The position numbers and the translations under genes were made by a program. This document shows positions 9,997 through 19,859 of a stretch of DNA of 64,000 nt, in pieces (position 1 is the stretch's first letter; the number at the start of each line of letters is the position of its first letter). Under the pieces are notes generated by a model, which worked only from the letters and a program-made list of their open reading frames with translations, was not told the origin of the DNA and ran no database searches. This stretch comes from an uncultured Hormoscilla sp. (GTDB lineage: Bacteria; Cyanobacteriota; Cyanobacteriia; Cyanobacteriales; Desertifilaceae), in the NCBI GenBank assembly GCA_963921275.4, contig OZ001293.3, positions 2,048,001-2,112,000 of the forward strand, in the 5' to 3' direction.

Positions 9997-10295
9997 TTAA
10001 TTGCTCCACTCCAGGGTAATCTCTAGATTACCCTTGCCAGAACCCTTGACAAGCAATGTTGTGAGTTTTCCAGATTCCAAAGTAACTTCTAATCCAAATT
10101 TGATGCTAGCTTTATCAGGTTTGGCTTCCTGCACCACACCTAGCATTTCCTTGGCTACTGCCCTGTATTGTATCTGTGACCTGCTTAAAAGGTCGAGTCC
10201 GGTCTGATACTGGCTGTTCTCCTCTGAGAGTCGCTTCCACACTCATGATCATGCCGTCAGCCAGTTGTAGTGGAATACGTTGTCTGAGGTTCCAT
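9997..10295 (-). pseudogene. Trypsin-co-occurring domain (Trypco1/CU044_2847-like) protein, frameshifted
   Basis: IPLQLADG..VEAT..GEQ.VS in one frame and KPDKASIKFGLEVTLESGKLTTLLVKGSGKGNLEITLEW in another; lies directly upstream of the trypsin gene. Confidence 0.75.
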
Positions 10296-10441
10296 GCGAT
10301 CGCTCCTCGCGTTCTTGTGGTAGATTGTTTCAATGATAAACCTTTTCCTGCTAGTATGAACATCAGGGGCAGAAATCATTCCACAGTCCACCGGTTGACA
10401 GTTGCGATCGCCCATCTACGGACCATGACAGAGCGAACCTC

Positions 10442-11152
10442 CTAATTCAATTCATCGGGGTCTATCCCAAGTTCTTGTAGCCGACTGCGCAACCTTTCAT
10501 ATTTGGCCTCTGCTGCTTCGGCCCGCAGCCTTTCTTGGATCGCTGATTCTGTGGGAGCCGGAACCAACTCCCCCGTTGAAGTCAAAAACCTCAGTTTTTC
10601 TTCTACTATTCCCAAATACAACTCTAGCTGTTCGCTCCACATCCAGCCCCGCTCATTCCGTGCTATTTGCACGTATTCCCTCTCTTGAGAAAGACGAAAT
10701 CCTTGGAACTCCAAGCTATAGGGGTCAAACCAAAAATATTCAGGAGTGGAGAATACATTCTGGTATATTTCTCTCTTGGTAACCCTATCCGTTTCGGCAG
10801 TTGAGTCGGATAGCATTTCTATAATCAAATTTGGATACTTGCCATCTTCTTCCCACACTACCCAACTTGTACGCTCTCTGAACTCCGTGTCCAATACTAC
10901 GAAAAAATCCGGTCCCCGGAACTCCTCGTTCCGGCGATGACTACTACTGTAATATATCGTCAAATTGCCTGCTGCAAAGAAATTGTTCCGTCGCTCTGGC
11001 GGGGCCTCCGGGCGATCGCGCCACCACCACTCCAGGCACAACAGTAACAGGATGATTTGTTTGAGATGGCGATATGTTTCCAAGGGCGGTTCATCACTCA
11101 AAAGTAACTTTTGCCGATATTTTAGTACATCGGGCTTGCTGCTTGCAACCAT
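10442..11152 (-). CDS. Uma2/DUF820 family endonuclease-like protein, copy 1
   Basis: SDEPPLET, GPDFFVV, SWVVWEEDGKYPNLIIEMLS and PEYFWFDP motifs. Confidence 0.9.
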   Translation of the reverse strand: MVASSKPDVLKYRQKLLLSDEPPLETYRHLKQIILLLLCLEWWWRDRPEAPPERRNNFFAAGNLTIYYSSSHRRNEEFRGPDFFVVLDTEFRERTSWVVWEEDGKYPNLIIEMLSDSTAETDRVTKREIYQNVFSTPEYFWFDPYSLEFQGFRLSQEREYVQIARNERGWMWSEQLELYLGIVEEKLRFLTSTGELVPAPTESAIQERLRAEAAEAKYERLRSRLQELGIDPDELN

Positions 11153-11273
11153 AGCTCTATCAACTCCTTACTCCTATCTCTAGTCTAGCAAAAGATTGGC
11201 CCTCCGTAGTCATATTCTCTTCTGGGAGCGCGGACCATTGACCAGGGCATTTCCAACAGGCGGCGATCGCCTC

Positions 11274-12068
11274 CTAATTCAATTCATCAGGGTCTATCCC
11301 AAGTTCTTGTAGCCGACTGCGCAACATTTCTAATTGGGCCTCTGCTGTATCGGCCCGTTGGCATTCTGCATCGGCCCGTTGGCGTTCTGCATCGGCCCGT
11401 TGACGTTCTGCTTCGGCCCGTTGGCGTTCTGCTTCTTTCTGTAGCCTTTCTTGGATCGCTGATTCTGTGGGAGCCGGAACCAACTCCTCCGTTGAAGTCA
11501 AAAACCTCAGTTTTTCTTCTACTATTCCCAAATACAACTCTAGCTGTTCGCTCCACATCCAGCCCCGCTCATTCCGTGCTATTTGCACGTATTCCCTCTC
11601 TTGAGAAAGACGAAATCCTTGGAACTCCAAGCTATAGGGGTCAAACCAAAAATATTCAGGAGTGGAGAATACATTCTGGTATATTTCTCTCTTGGTAACC
11701 CTATCCGTTTCGGCAGTTGAGTCGGATAGCATTTCTATAATCAAATTTGGATACTTGCCATCTTCTTCCCACACTACCCAACTTGTACGCTCTCTGAACT
11801 CCGTGTCCAATACTACGAAAAAATCCGGTCCCCGGAACTCCTCGTTCCGGCGATGACTACTACTGTAATATATCGTCAAATTGCCTGCTGCAAAGAAATT
11901 GTTCCGTCGCTCTGGCGGGGCCTCCGGGCGATCGCGCCACCACCACTCCAGGCACAACAGTAACAGGATGATTTGTTTGAGATGGCGATATGTTTCCAAG
12001 GGCGGTTCATCACTCAAAAGTAACTTTTGCCGATATTTTAGTACATCGGGCTTGCTGCTTGCAACCAT
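11274..12068 (-). CDS. Uma2/DUF820 family protein, copy 2 (chimeric)
   Basis: Core nearly identical to copy 1; AERQRAD coiled-coil tail like copy 3. Confidence 0.9.
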   Translation of the reverse strand: MVASSKPDVLKYRQKLLLSDEPPLETYRHLKQIILLLLCLEWWWRDRPEAPPERRNNFFAAGNLTIYYSSSHRRNEEFRGPDFFVVLDTEFRERTSWVVWEEDGKYPNLIIEMLSDSTAETDRVTKREIYQNVFSTPEYFWFDPYSLEFQGFRLSQEREYVQIARNERGWMWSEQLELYLGIVEEKLRFLTSTEELVPAPTESAIQERLQKEAERQRAEAERQRADAERQRADAECQRADTAEAQLEMLRSRLQELGIDPDELN

Positions 12069-12189
12069 AGCTCTATCAACTCCTTACTCCTATCTCTAGT
12101 CTAGCAAAAGATTGGCCCTCCGTAGTCATATTCTCTCCTGGGAGCGCGGACCATTGACCAGGGCATTTCCAACAGGCGGCGATCGCCTC

Positions 12190-12963
12190 CTAATTCAATT
12201 CATCGGGGTCTATCCCAAGTTCTTGTAGCCGACTGCGCAACATTTTTAATTGGGCCTCTGCTGTATCGGCCCGTTGGCATTCTGCATCGGCCCGTTGGCG
12301 TTCTGCATCGGCCCGTTGGCGTTCTGCTTCTTTCTGTAGCCTTTCTTGGATAGATGATTCTGTCGGACCTGGAACCAACTCCCCCGTTGAAGTCAAAAAC
12401 CTCAGCTTTTCTTCTACTATTCCCAAATACAACTCTAGCTGTTCGCTCCACATCCAGCCCCGCTCATTGCGTGTTATTTCCACGTATTCCCTCTCTTGAG
12501 AAAGGCGTAATCCTTGGAACTCCAAGCTATAGGGGTCAAACCAAAAATATTCCGGCGTAGAGAATACATTTTGGTATATTTCTCTCTTGAGACTCCTATC
12601 CGTTTCCACAGTCGAGTCGGATAGCATTTCTATAATCAAATTTGGATACTTGCCATCTTCTTCCCACACTACCCAACTTGCACGTTCTTTGTACTCCGTG
12701 TCCAATACTACAAAAAAATCTGGTCCCCGAAAGTGCTCGTTCCGGCGCTGGCGACTACTGTAATATATCGTCAAATTTCCGGCGGCATAAAAATTGTTGC
12801 GTCGCTCTGGCGGCGCCTTCGGGCGCGAGCGCCACCACCACTTCAGGCACCACAGTAACAGCATGATTTGATTGAGATGGCGATCTGTTTCCAATGGCGG
12901 TTCATCACTCAACAGTAACTTTTGCCGATATTCTAGCACATCGGGCTTGCTACTTGCAACCAT
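12190..12963 (-). CDS. Uma2/DUF820 family protein, copy 3
   Basis: Same motifs with a more diverged core. Confidence 0.9.
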   Translation of the reverse strand: MVASSKPDVLEYRQKLLLSDEPPLETDRHLNQIMLLLWCLKWWWRSRPKAPPERRNNFYAAGNLTIYYSSRQRRNEHFRGPDFFVVLDTEYKERASWVVWEEDGKYPNLIIEMLSDSTVETDRSLKREIYQNVFSTPEYFWFDPYSLEFQGLRLSQEREYVEITRNERGWMWSEQLELYLGIVEEKLRFLTSTGELVPGPTESSIQERLQKEAERQRADAERQRADAECQRADTAEAQLKMLRSRLQELGIDPDELN

Positions 12964-13183
12964 AGTCTTATCTTCTCAAAACTCCTGATTCTATTCTATC
13001 CTATTCATGGCGGCGGTGGTCATATTCTCACCAAAGCTCGCGAGGACTGTGTAGTCCCAGTATATCATGTAACATCATTTATTTCCCTGTATATTGTCAG
13101 ATGTACCATATTTTCACCTGCGTTCAACACAATACTGCTATAGTATAAAATGGAAGTAATAACCGAACACCACCGAATCGAAG

Positions 13184-13456
13184 ATGAAGCTAAAACATAT
13201 AGAACTCGATGAATTCCGAGAGCGGATGACCGACTATTTATACGGCAGGACCCCGCTAGCAGTGGAACGGGATGGCGAAATCTTGGGCTTCTATTACCCG
13301 AAAAACAAGACAAAGGAAAAAGAACTTAAACGCGCTGTCAAACAGTTAGAGCTTGCCGTCGATTTGGCATTGGCTGAAACTGGCATGACCGAAGATGAAT
13401 TAGCCGATCTTTTTGACCTGAGTAAGCCTTTTCCCTATGATAAGCATAATAGTTGA
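13184..13456 (+). CDS. Putative Phd-like antitoxin
   Basis: IELDEFRERMTDYL..PLAVERDGEILGFYYP; overlaps the start of a PIN toxin gene. Confidence 0.65.
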   Translation: MKLKHIELDEFRERMTDYLYGRTPLAVERDGEILGFYYPKNKTKEKELKRAVKQLELAVDLALAETGMTEDELADLFDLSKPFPYDKHNS

Positions 13457-13877
13457 CACCAATATTCTGATAGCAGAACTACTGCGACAGCGGGGACGGG
13501 AGTTAATCCAAAATCCTGACCTCACTATCTATGCAACTGAACGGGTTATGGATGAAACTCAGTATGAGTTGAGACGATGGGTGGCGATAATAGTGAACCA
13601 GGGTAGATAAAGTGAGGCGACAGAGCAGAATGTTCTGGAGTCGGCAAGGCATCTAATTGAAACCAAAATCATGCTGGTTTCGGAAGATACTTATACTCAC
13701 CTGGAAGCAGAAGCTAGAGATAGGATTCCCAGAGATCCTGATGATTGGCCTACTGTAGCAGCAGCTTTGGCACTCCAAGCCGCAATTTGGACGCAAGATT
13801 GCGATTTTCTCGGTTGCGGTTGTTTCACTTGGACTACAGAAACTTTACTGCTTCACTTGAGGCGTCAGCAGTTGTAG
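13437..13877 (+). pseudogene. PIN-domain toxin with an internal stop
   Basis: MISIIVDTNILIAELLR... from ATG 13437, in-frame TAA near 13608, then RIPRDPDDWPTVAAAL..IWTQDCDF. Confidence 0.8.
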
Positions 13878-13940
13878 GTTTGCTTGTAAGCTCATAACTA
13901 ACCCAACTAATAAAGTTGGGTTTCGTTACCTCAACCTAAC

Positions 13941-15275
13941 CTACTGTCCCATACAAGTTTCAATCAACTCGGCAACTCCTGCCACTGGCAAAATCGGCGT
14001 CTCCAACCTTGACTCTAATTCCGCAACCGACCTATCATCTAAAAACAGAGTATCCTCATGCTTCAGTATTAAAGATGGCAGCAAAATCCCATCTCCTAAA
14101 TCTCGTCCTTGTAAACCTTGCAGCAAATCTTCACCCGTCAGCAACCCAGTTACCGTCATCTCCTGTCCCCAATATTTACTATTCAGGGCCACCAGATTTA
14201 CCTCTAATCCTGCCACCTGATTTAATTGTTCCACCAGGGGTTGAAATGCCTTTTCTACCGCATTCCCAACCACCCAAGTATACTGGCGCGGCGATCGCAC
14301 AGATGCAAGTAATCGTTCGTCAGCAATTTCCTGAAATTCTTGAATAAACAGGCGAATTGAACCCACACCATTACCAATTTGGGGATAATCTTCATAATGG
14401 GATTCAGGTGGCAATTCCTCTCCAGCAATCAAAAACCACTCATCCGCTAACCAAACGACATTAGACCCCATCTCGTGGCGGAATTCTGCCTGAAGCGCTT
14501 GTACTTGTTCGATCGCTTCCCGTGCCTTTTCCGCTGTTACAGGGATTAATTCATCCTCAGCGGGGCGAAACTTAGTTAATCCCACTGGGACAACTGCTAC
14601 AGATGCTACAGCAGGAATTTCACTGCTGTAGAATGATGCTAAATCTCGCAGAGTTATTTCCAGATGTTGACCGTCATTAATCCCAGGACAAACAACCACT
14701 TGAGCGTGAATTTGTAGCCGTCGTGCTTGAAACCATTCCAACTGTTGTAAAATTAATCCCGCACGATGATTTTTCAGCAAGCGAATTCGCACATCTGGTT
14801 CAGTTGCATGTACGGAAACATAGAGGGGAGATAGTCGCATTTGCTCGATTCTCTCCCATTCTCCCTGGGTAAGATTGGTTAAAGTCAAGTAACTTCCGTA
14901 AAGGAAACTCAGACGGTAATCATCATCTTTCAGGTATAAGCTTTCCCGCTTTCCAGGCGGTTGCTGATCGATAAAGCAAAAAGGACAGCGGTTATTACAT
15001 TGCATCAAGCCATCAAATAAGGCGGTTTCAAATTCCAACCCTAAGTCTTCATCGTAATCTTTCTCAATTTCAATCTGATGACTGTGACCCGCAGCATCTA
15101 ATACTTCTAGTTCCAGGAATTCATCGGCGCACAAAAACTGATAGTCAATCAAGTCCCGAGGCCGATCACCGTTAATAGCAACGATCGCGTCACCAGGTTC
15201 AAAGCCAATTTCCGCCGTGATCGACCCGGGCAGAACTTTAGTAATCCTAGCAGGACGAATAGAAATATTGCTCAT
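13941..15275 (-). CDS. TIGR03279-type radical SAM/FeS protein (PDZ + DUF512)
   Basis: CNNRCPFC (CxxxCxxC) and YLKDDDYRLSFLYGSYLTLTN. Confidence 0.9.
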   Translation of the reverse strand: MSNISIRPARITKVLPGSITAEIGFEPGDAIVAINGDRPRDLIDYQFLCADEFLELEVLDAAGHSHQIEIEKDYDEDLGLEFETALFDGLMQCNNRCPFCFIDQQPPGKRESLYLKDDDYRLSFLYGSYLTLTNLTQGEWERIEQMRLSPLYVSVHATEPDVRIRLLKNHRAGLILQQLEWFQARRLQIHAQVVVCPGINDGQHLEITLRDLASFYSSEIPAVASVAVVPVGLTKFRPAEDELIPVTAEKAREAIEQVQALQAEFRHEMGSNVVWLADEWFLIAGEELPPESHYEDYPQIGNGVGSIRLFIQEFQEIADERLLASVRSPRQYTWVVGNAVEKAFQPLVEQLNQVAGLEVNLVALNSKYWGQEMTVTGLLTGEDLLQGLQGRDLGDGILLPSLILKHEDTLFLDDRSVAELESRLETPILPVAGVAELIETCMGQ

Positions 15276-15405
15276 TGTTGATTATTCTTCATTGTTCGTA
15301 GTAAGGACTAAAGTCCTTACACTCGGCAAGCACTATTGTCGATTATTGTTCGTTGTTCGTAGTAAGGACTTTAGTCCTTACACTCGGCAAGCACTTTAGT
15401 GCTTA

Positions 15406-16347
15406 CTACAAACCATTTGTTATTTGCCAGATTAGGATCGCTACCCCAAATATTAGCCGATAGCAGATAAAGATTAAGGTACTGCGAGATTGCAGGAAAC
15501 GAATCAACCAGGCGATCGCCAGATAAGAGAAAACCCCCGAGGAAATCAAACCAACAATCAGGGGGATAAACCCAGCGCTACCCATGCCATCTTTCAAGAC
15601 ACCGACAAACTCAACCAACCCAGCTATGGTAATCGCGGGAATGCCCAAGAGAAAGGAAAAACGAGCCGCCGTTGCCCGTTCTAAACCCATAAACAACCCC
15701 GCCGCGATCGTCGAACCAGACCGAGAAACACCAGGGACAAGGGCCATTGCTTGGGCCAATCCCATCCAGATCCCATCTTGCATACCCAGGCGATCGAAAT
15801 CCCGCTTGCGACTGCCAATGCGTTCGGCAACTCCCAGCAAAATAGCCATCACAATTGAAGCGATCGCGATCGCTGGCAGACTCCGCAGAGGGGAATTATC
15901 GTAGTCAGGCACGAATATTTTAATCAGCAACCCGAAAAAGACGATCAGGATTGTGCCCAAACCAATCCCTAAAGCGATCCGAAAATCCTGGGACTGATAA
16001 TCCGACTTACCTATAGCAGACACAACACCCTTGCTCAGTTGACTCAAATCCCCCCAGAAATACCATAGCACAGCCGCAATACTTCCCAACTGAATCACAG
16101 CGGTAAAAGCAACACCCGGATCCCCCCATCCCAGCGCCACTGACACCACTTTCAGGTGTGCCGTACTGCTGATCGGTATAAACTCCGTCATCCCTTGCAC
16201 CATACCTAAAACCGCAGCCTGAAATACATTCATCTGCGACACCTGTGAAGGAATAGCTTGGCCGATCGCTTTTGTGGGCATCGTCAGTATAGCACTGACA
16301 ACTGCTACCCCTGTGAATTTAAGCAATTTATTTTTGGTAATCCTCAT
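15406..16347 (-). CDS. uppP: Undecaprenyl-diphosphate phosphatase
   Basis: QGMTEFIPISSTAH, PGVSRSGST and AARFSFLL. Confidence 0.93.
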   Translation of the reverse strand: MRITKNKLLKFTGVAVVSAILTMPTKAIGQAIPSQVSQMNVFQAAVLGMVQGMTEFIPISSTAHLKVVSVALGWGDPGVAFTAVIQLGSIAAVLWYFWGDLSQLSKGVVSAIGKSDYQSQDFRIALGIGLGTILIVFFGLLIKIFVPDYDNSPLRSLPAIAIASIVMAILLGVAERIGSRKRDFDRLGMQDGIWMGLAQAMALVPGVSRSGSTIAAGLFMGLERATAARFSFLLGIPAITIAGLVEFVGVLKDGMGSAGFIPLIVGLISSGVFSYLAIAWLIRFLQSRSTLIFICYRLIFGVAILIWQITNGL

Positions 16348-16362
16348 GGGATCCTGAATAAT

Positions 16363-16448
16363 GTTATTGGTTAGTTGTTATTGGTTAGTTCTACAACTTA
16401 CAACCTACAACTTACAACCTACAATCTACAACTTACAATCTACAACTA
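16363..16448. repeat. Short tandem repeats (heptamer CTACAAC/CTTACAA type)
   Basis: Visible STRR-like units. Confidence 0.75.
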
Positions 16449-16685
16449 TAGAGCGATGTAGTTACTTCTATTAGATAATGTATTTTATATTACAAATTAT
16501 GCTAATTTACTGATAAACAGGGTAACTTTTAGACAACATCAGGGCTATCGCTCCCCCGCCCCCGTGACCATCACCAGTCCCCCATCACCAGTCCCTCATC
16601 CCCCATTACTGGCTTTTGATGGCAATGATTGTAAGAGCTGATATATTAAGAAAGATGAAGTTAAGTAAAGAAAAATTCAAAAACA

Positions 16686-17405
16686 TTGTTTAACCACAGT
16701 TTTTCGTCTTATTTACCACTAGGGGTCAAGTCAGAGCGCAAATTATCTACCCTATTATGGGAGAGAATCGGCAGGACAAGGGCTACCTTCACAGTAGCGG
16801 TGTTTCTGGTTTGCGTGCCAGTATTTTTCCAGGCTCCATTAGTGCGGCAACTGCCTTGGTTAAGCCTAGCAATGACAGCTGGCCTCGTTGGTGGCAGTAT
16901 CCAGCTGCTCGCTCGTCAGTCAACCAGACTATGGGGAGACTTACTGCTAGGATTTAGTTGGAGTTGGCTAGCCGGTTCCATATATTGGGGTTGGCTGCGC
17001 TGGGAACCCTTGTGGCATTTGCCAGTTGAAGCTATAGGTCTGCCAGTGGCCATCTGGTGTCTTTGGCGTCGTTGGGCAATGGTGGGAAACCTATTCTACC
17101 TCGGTTCCCTATTGGGCACGGCGATCACAGATATATATTTCTATATCGTGGATTTGATTCCTCACTGGCGTCAGCTGATGCAGGTGTCCCCAGAACTGGC
17201 AATGCCAGTCTTGCAAAGTGCGATCGCCCAGATCCAGACCCCTTGGGGAATCAGCTGGGCAGTAGTTCTAAGTGTAATTCTCTTAGTTGCCGGGATTTTA
17301 CCTCTGGGCACCCGGCAGCTACACTGGTGGGCATTTAGCGGAGCTGTCTTGAGTACAATATTAGTAGACAGTTTGTTCTGGATAGTCGCCTGCGCGATAG
17401 AGTGA
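16686..17405 (+). CDS. DUF3120 family membrane protein
   Basis: PVFFQAPLVR, GSIYWGWLRWEP.WHLPVEAIGLP and FYLGSLLGTAITD. Confidence 0.85.
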   Translation: MFNHSFSSYLPLGVKSERKLSTLLWERIGRTRATFTVAVFLVCVPVFFQAPLVRQLPWLSLAMTAGLVGGSIQLLARQSTRLWGDLLLGFSWSWLAGSIYWGWLRWEPLWHLPVEAIGLPVAIWCLWRRWAMVGNLFYLGSLLGTAITDIYFYIVDLIPHWRQLMQVSPELAMPVLQSAIAQIQTPWGISWAVVLSVILLVAGILPLGTRQLHWWAFSGAVLSTILVDSLFWIVACAIE

Positions 17406-17514
17406 TTGCTCCATTGTGGAGTTTCTCCGAACACCGCACAGATGCCCACACAGTCCGAAATCTATCTTTCAGGATGCATGAGAGCGGAAATATTCTTCTT
17501 AGGCTAAGCCTGCA

Positions 17515-18492
17515 GTGAGTAAGATCGGCAATCCTCATTTAGTACTTCAGACAGAGTCAGGGAATCGCTATCTCCCTCTGGTTGGTAGTACTTGCTGGAC
17601 CATAGGTCGGACCGATGACAACAATTTTGTCCTGCCAGACCCCTGGATTTCCCGCCACCACGCCATGCTGCAATACACCGAGACAGGCGAATTTTATCTG
17701 ATCGATCTAGGCAGTCGTAACGGCTCCTTTGTCAATGGACGCCGAGTCAGCATTTCGGTAACCTTGCGGAATGGCGATCTCCTCACCTTTGGTCAGACAC
17801 AACTGAATTTCTACAGTCCCTCTGCCCAAAAGGATGATGCCTCCACCAGTAACGACTCCGCAGATTATAACGTCACGGCAACCTTGCATGTCCGTCGCTT
17901 AATCTCAGTGATGGTGGTGGATATCCGCAATTTTACAGGTCTGACTCAGCAAATGGATGACGCTTTGCTCTCCGCTATGATTGGCACCTGGTTCCGCCAT
18001 GCTGGGGAAATAATGCGTACCGAAGGTAGCTGGGTGGATAAATATATTGGCGATGCCATCATGGCGGTCTGGTTTCATGGCACCGAAGGAGTCAGCTTTA
18101 CCGAACTGCTCAAGGTCCTCGGTGCCCTCAACAAATTACACAAGATGACTCGGGATTTGGCGGATGACTTTCCCTTGCCTTTTCCCTTGCGCATTGGATC
18201 GGGCATTAATACAGGTTATGCTATGGTTGGCAATATGGGTAGTGGCGATCGCCCAGATTACACAGCCCTGGGAGATACAGTCAATGCCGCCTTTCGCCTG
18301 GAATCTTGCACCAAAAAAATTAGTCGAGATGTTGCCCTAGGAAAAACTACCTATCAATACCTCTCCAGCCTGGGAGTTTCGCCGAAGCTGTTTGAGCAGT
18401 TTACCGTTAACCTCAAGGGCTACGAGACGCCAACTTTGACCTATGCTTGCTCTTTTGCTGAGTTGGATAGTTTTTTGCAAACCCGGCCCTGA
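17515..18492 (+). CDS. FHA-domain class III adenylate/guanylate cyclase (CyaD-like)
   Basis: FHA motifs IGR..ISRHHA..DLGSRNGSFVNG; cyclase motifs VDIRNFT, DKYIGDAIMA and YTALGDTVNAAFRLES. Confidence 0.88.
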   Translation: MSKIGNPHLVLQTESGNRYLPLVGSTCWTIGRTDDNNFVLPDPWISRHHAMLQYTETGEFYLIDLGSRNGSFVNGRRVSISVTLRNGDLLTFGQTQLNFYSPSAQKDDASTSNDSADYNVTATLHVRRLISVMVVDIRNFTGLTQQMDDALLSAMIGTWFRHAGEIMRTEGSWVDKYIGDAIMAVWFHGTEGVSFTELLKVLGALNKLHKMTRDLADDFPLPFPLRIGSGINTGYAMVGNMGSGDRPDYTALGDTVNAAFRLESCTKKISRDVALGKTTYQYLSSLGVSPKLFEQFTVNLKGYETPTLTYACSFAELDSFLQTRP

Positions 18493-18684
18493 CTGGCTGC
18501 GTCTCATGAACTGGTCAACTGACTAACCCACCGTCAGTTGTTCATTGTGTCGCAGACTTTGCTATTTCTCAAGTTTTATTACTGGACTGATATCCTAGAT
18601 AAAAAATTAAATCACACAGATAAAATAAAATAAAATGCTGTAGTCTAGTTAAAACACGCTCAAAAATTAGGTAGGAACGGAAAG

Positions 18685-19107
18685 ATGAAACGATTACTGT
18701 GCTTGTTGCCGGTATTGGTGCTGTTGTTGGCCTGTCTGGGAAATGCTCCTCGGGCGCAGGCGGCTGATTTAACCGATCTGCTTTGGCAGTCATCGCCGGT
18801 AGTGGTGGCTGAAGTCCCAGTACGCAATCAGGCTGACGATAAGCTAGCAGAGATTAAAGATAAAATCGATTTGAACAACACAAATCTGCGAGCATTTATG
18901 AAGTATCGCGGTTTTTACCCGGTGCTGGGTCGCAAAATAATTAAGTACGCCCCCTACCAGCAGGTAGAGGATGTTCTGGATATTCCGGGATTGAGCGATG
19001 GCCAGAAAGAAAGGCTGCAAGCAAACCTGGAAAACTTCACTGTCACCGCTGTTGCCGATGTCTACACCCAAGGGGGCGATCGCTATAACAACGGCGCCTA
19101 CGATTAA
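18685..19107 (+). CDS. psbU: Photosystem II extrinsic 12-kDa protein PsbU
   Basis: Signal peptide, KIDLNNTN..F...GFYP.L...I...PY..VEDVL.IPGLS and the terminal GGDRYNNGAY. Confidence 0.95.
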   Translation: MKRLLCLLPVLVLLLACLGNAPRAQAADLTDLLWQSSPVVVAEVPVRNQADDKLAEIKDKIDLNNTNLRAFMKYRGFYPVLGRKIIKYAPYQQVEDVLDIPGLSDGQKERLQANLENFTVTAVADVYTQGGDRYNNGAYD

Positions 19108-19117
19108 GCCTTTCATT

Positions 19118-19637
19118 TCCTCTCGCTCCCGCTGTAATAGCTGACCATTAACAGCTTGTTTACCACAGCCGCACTTTCTTCACTAGCAAGACTTTTTGTC
19201 CTAGGGGAGCTGGTGTGGCTGTAATTTATGCGGCATACTTTGGCTAGAGCGTCGGTCCATTAATAATACTTGACAAATTAAAACATCTGTGAATCAATGA
19301 AAAATCAACATATTCTCGCCTCCCCCCCATGTCCTCCCTCTCCCTCTCATGATTTTACCCAAAATTTGTTGTACTGGTCCTCTCGCTCCCGCTGTAATAG
19401 CTGACCATTAACAGCTTGTTTACCACAGCCGCACTTTCTTCACTAGCAAGACTTTTTGTCCTAGGGGAGCTGGTGTGGCTGTAATTTATGCGGCATACTT
19501 TGGCTAGAGCGTCGGTCCATTAATAATACTTGACAAATTAAAACATCTGTGAATCAACGAAAAATCAACATATTCTCGCCTCCCCCCCATGTCCTCCCTC
19601 TCCCCCTCATGATTTTACCCAAAATTTGTTGTACTGG
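19118..19637. repeat. 260-bp tandem duplication downstream of psbU
   Basis: 19118-19377 and 19378-19637 are almost identical. Confidence 0.92.
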
Positions 19638-19650
19638 ACCGATGCTCTAG
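19504..19650. mobile_element. MITE (~147 bp)
   Basis: Terminal inverted repeats CTAGAGCGTCGGTCCA / TGGACCGATGCTCTAG; the upstream duplicate (from 19244) lacks most of the right end. Confidence 0.7.
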
Positions 19651-19859
19651 CCCTGTCAAGGTGACGGGAAACAATGGCCCGCCCAGCCGATCGCGCACGC
19701 AGCCATGTATGGTATTTTTTCTTACCTGCTCAGGAGTAAAAATTTTTCTGTTCTTCATAGCCTTTAGGCCTTGGAATAGCTTGCTCTGCGCTATCTACAA
19801 TTGTTGGTGTCTTTAGTTTTTCGCCACCTTTGAGCGGTTGTGTAAGGCATGATCTCGTT

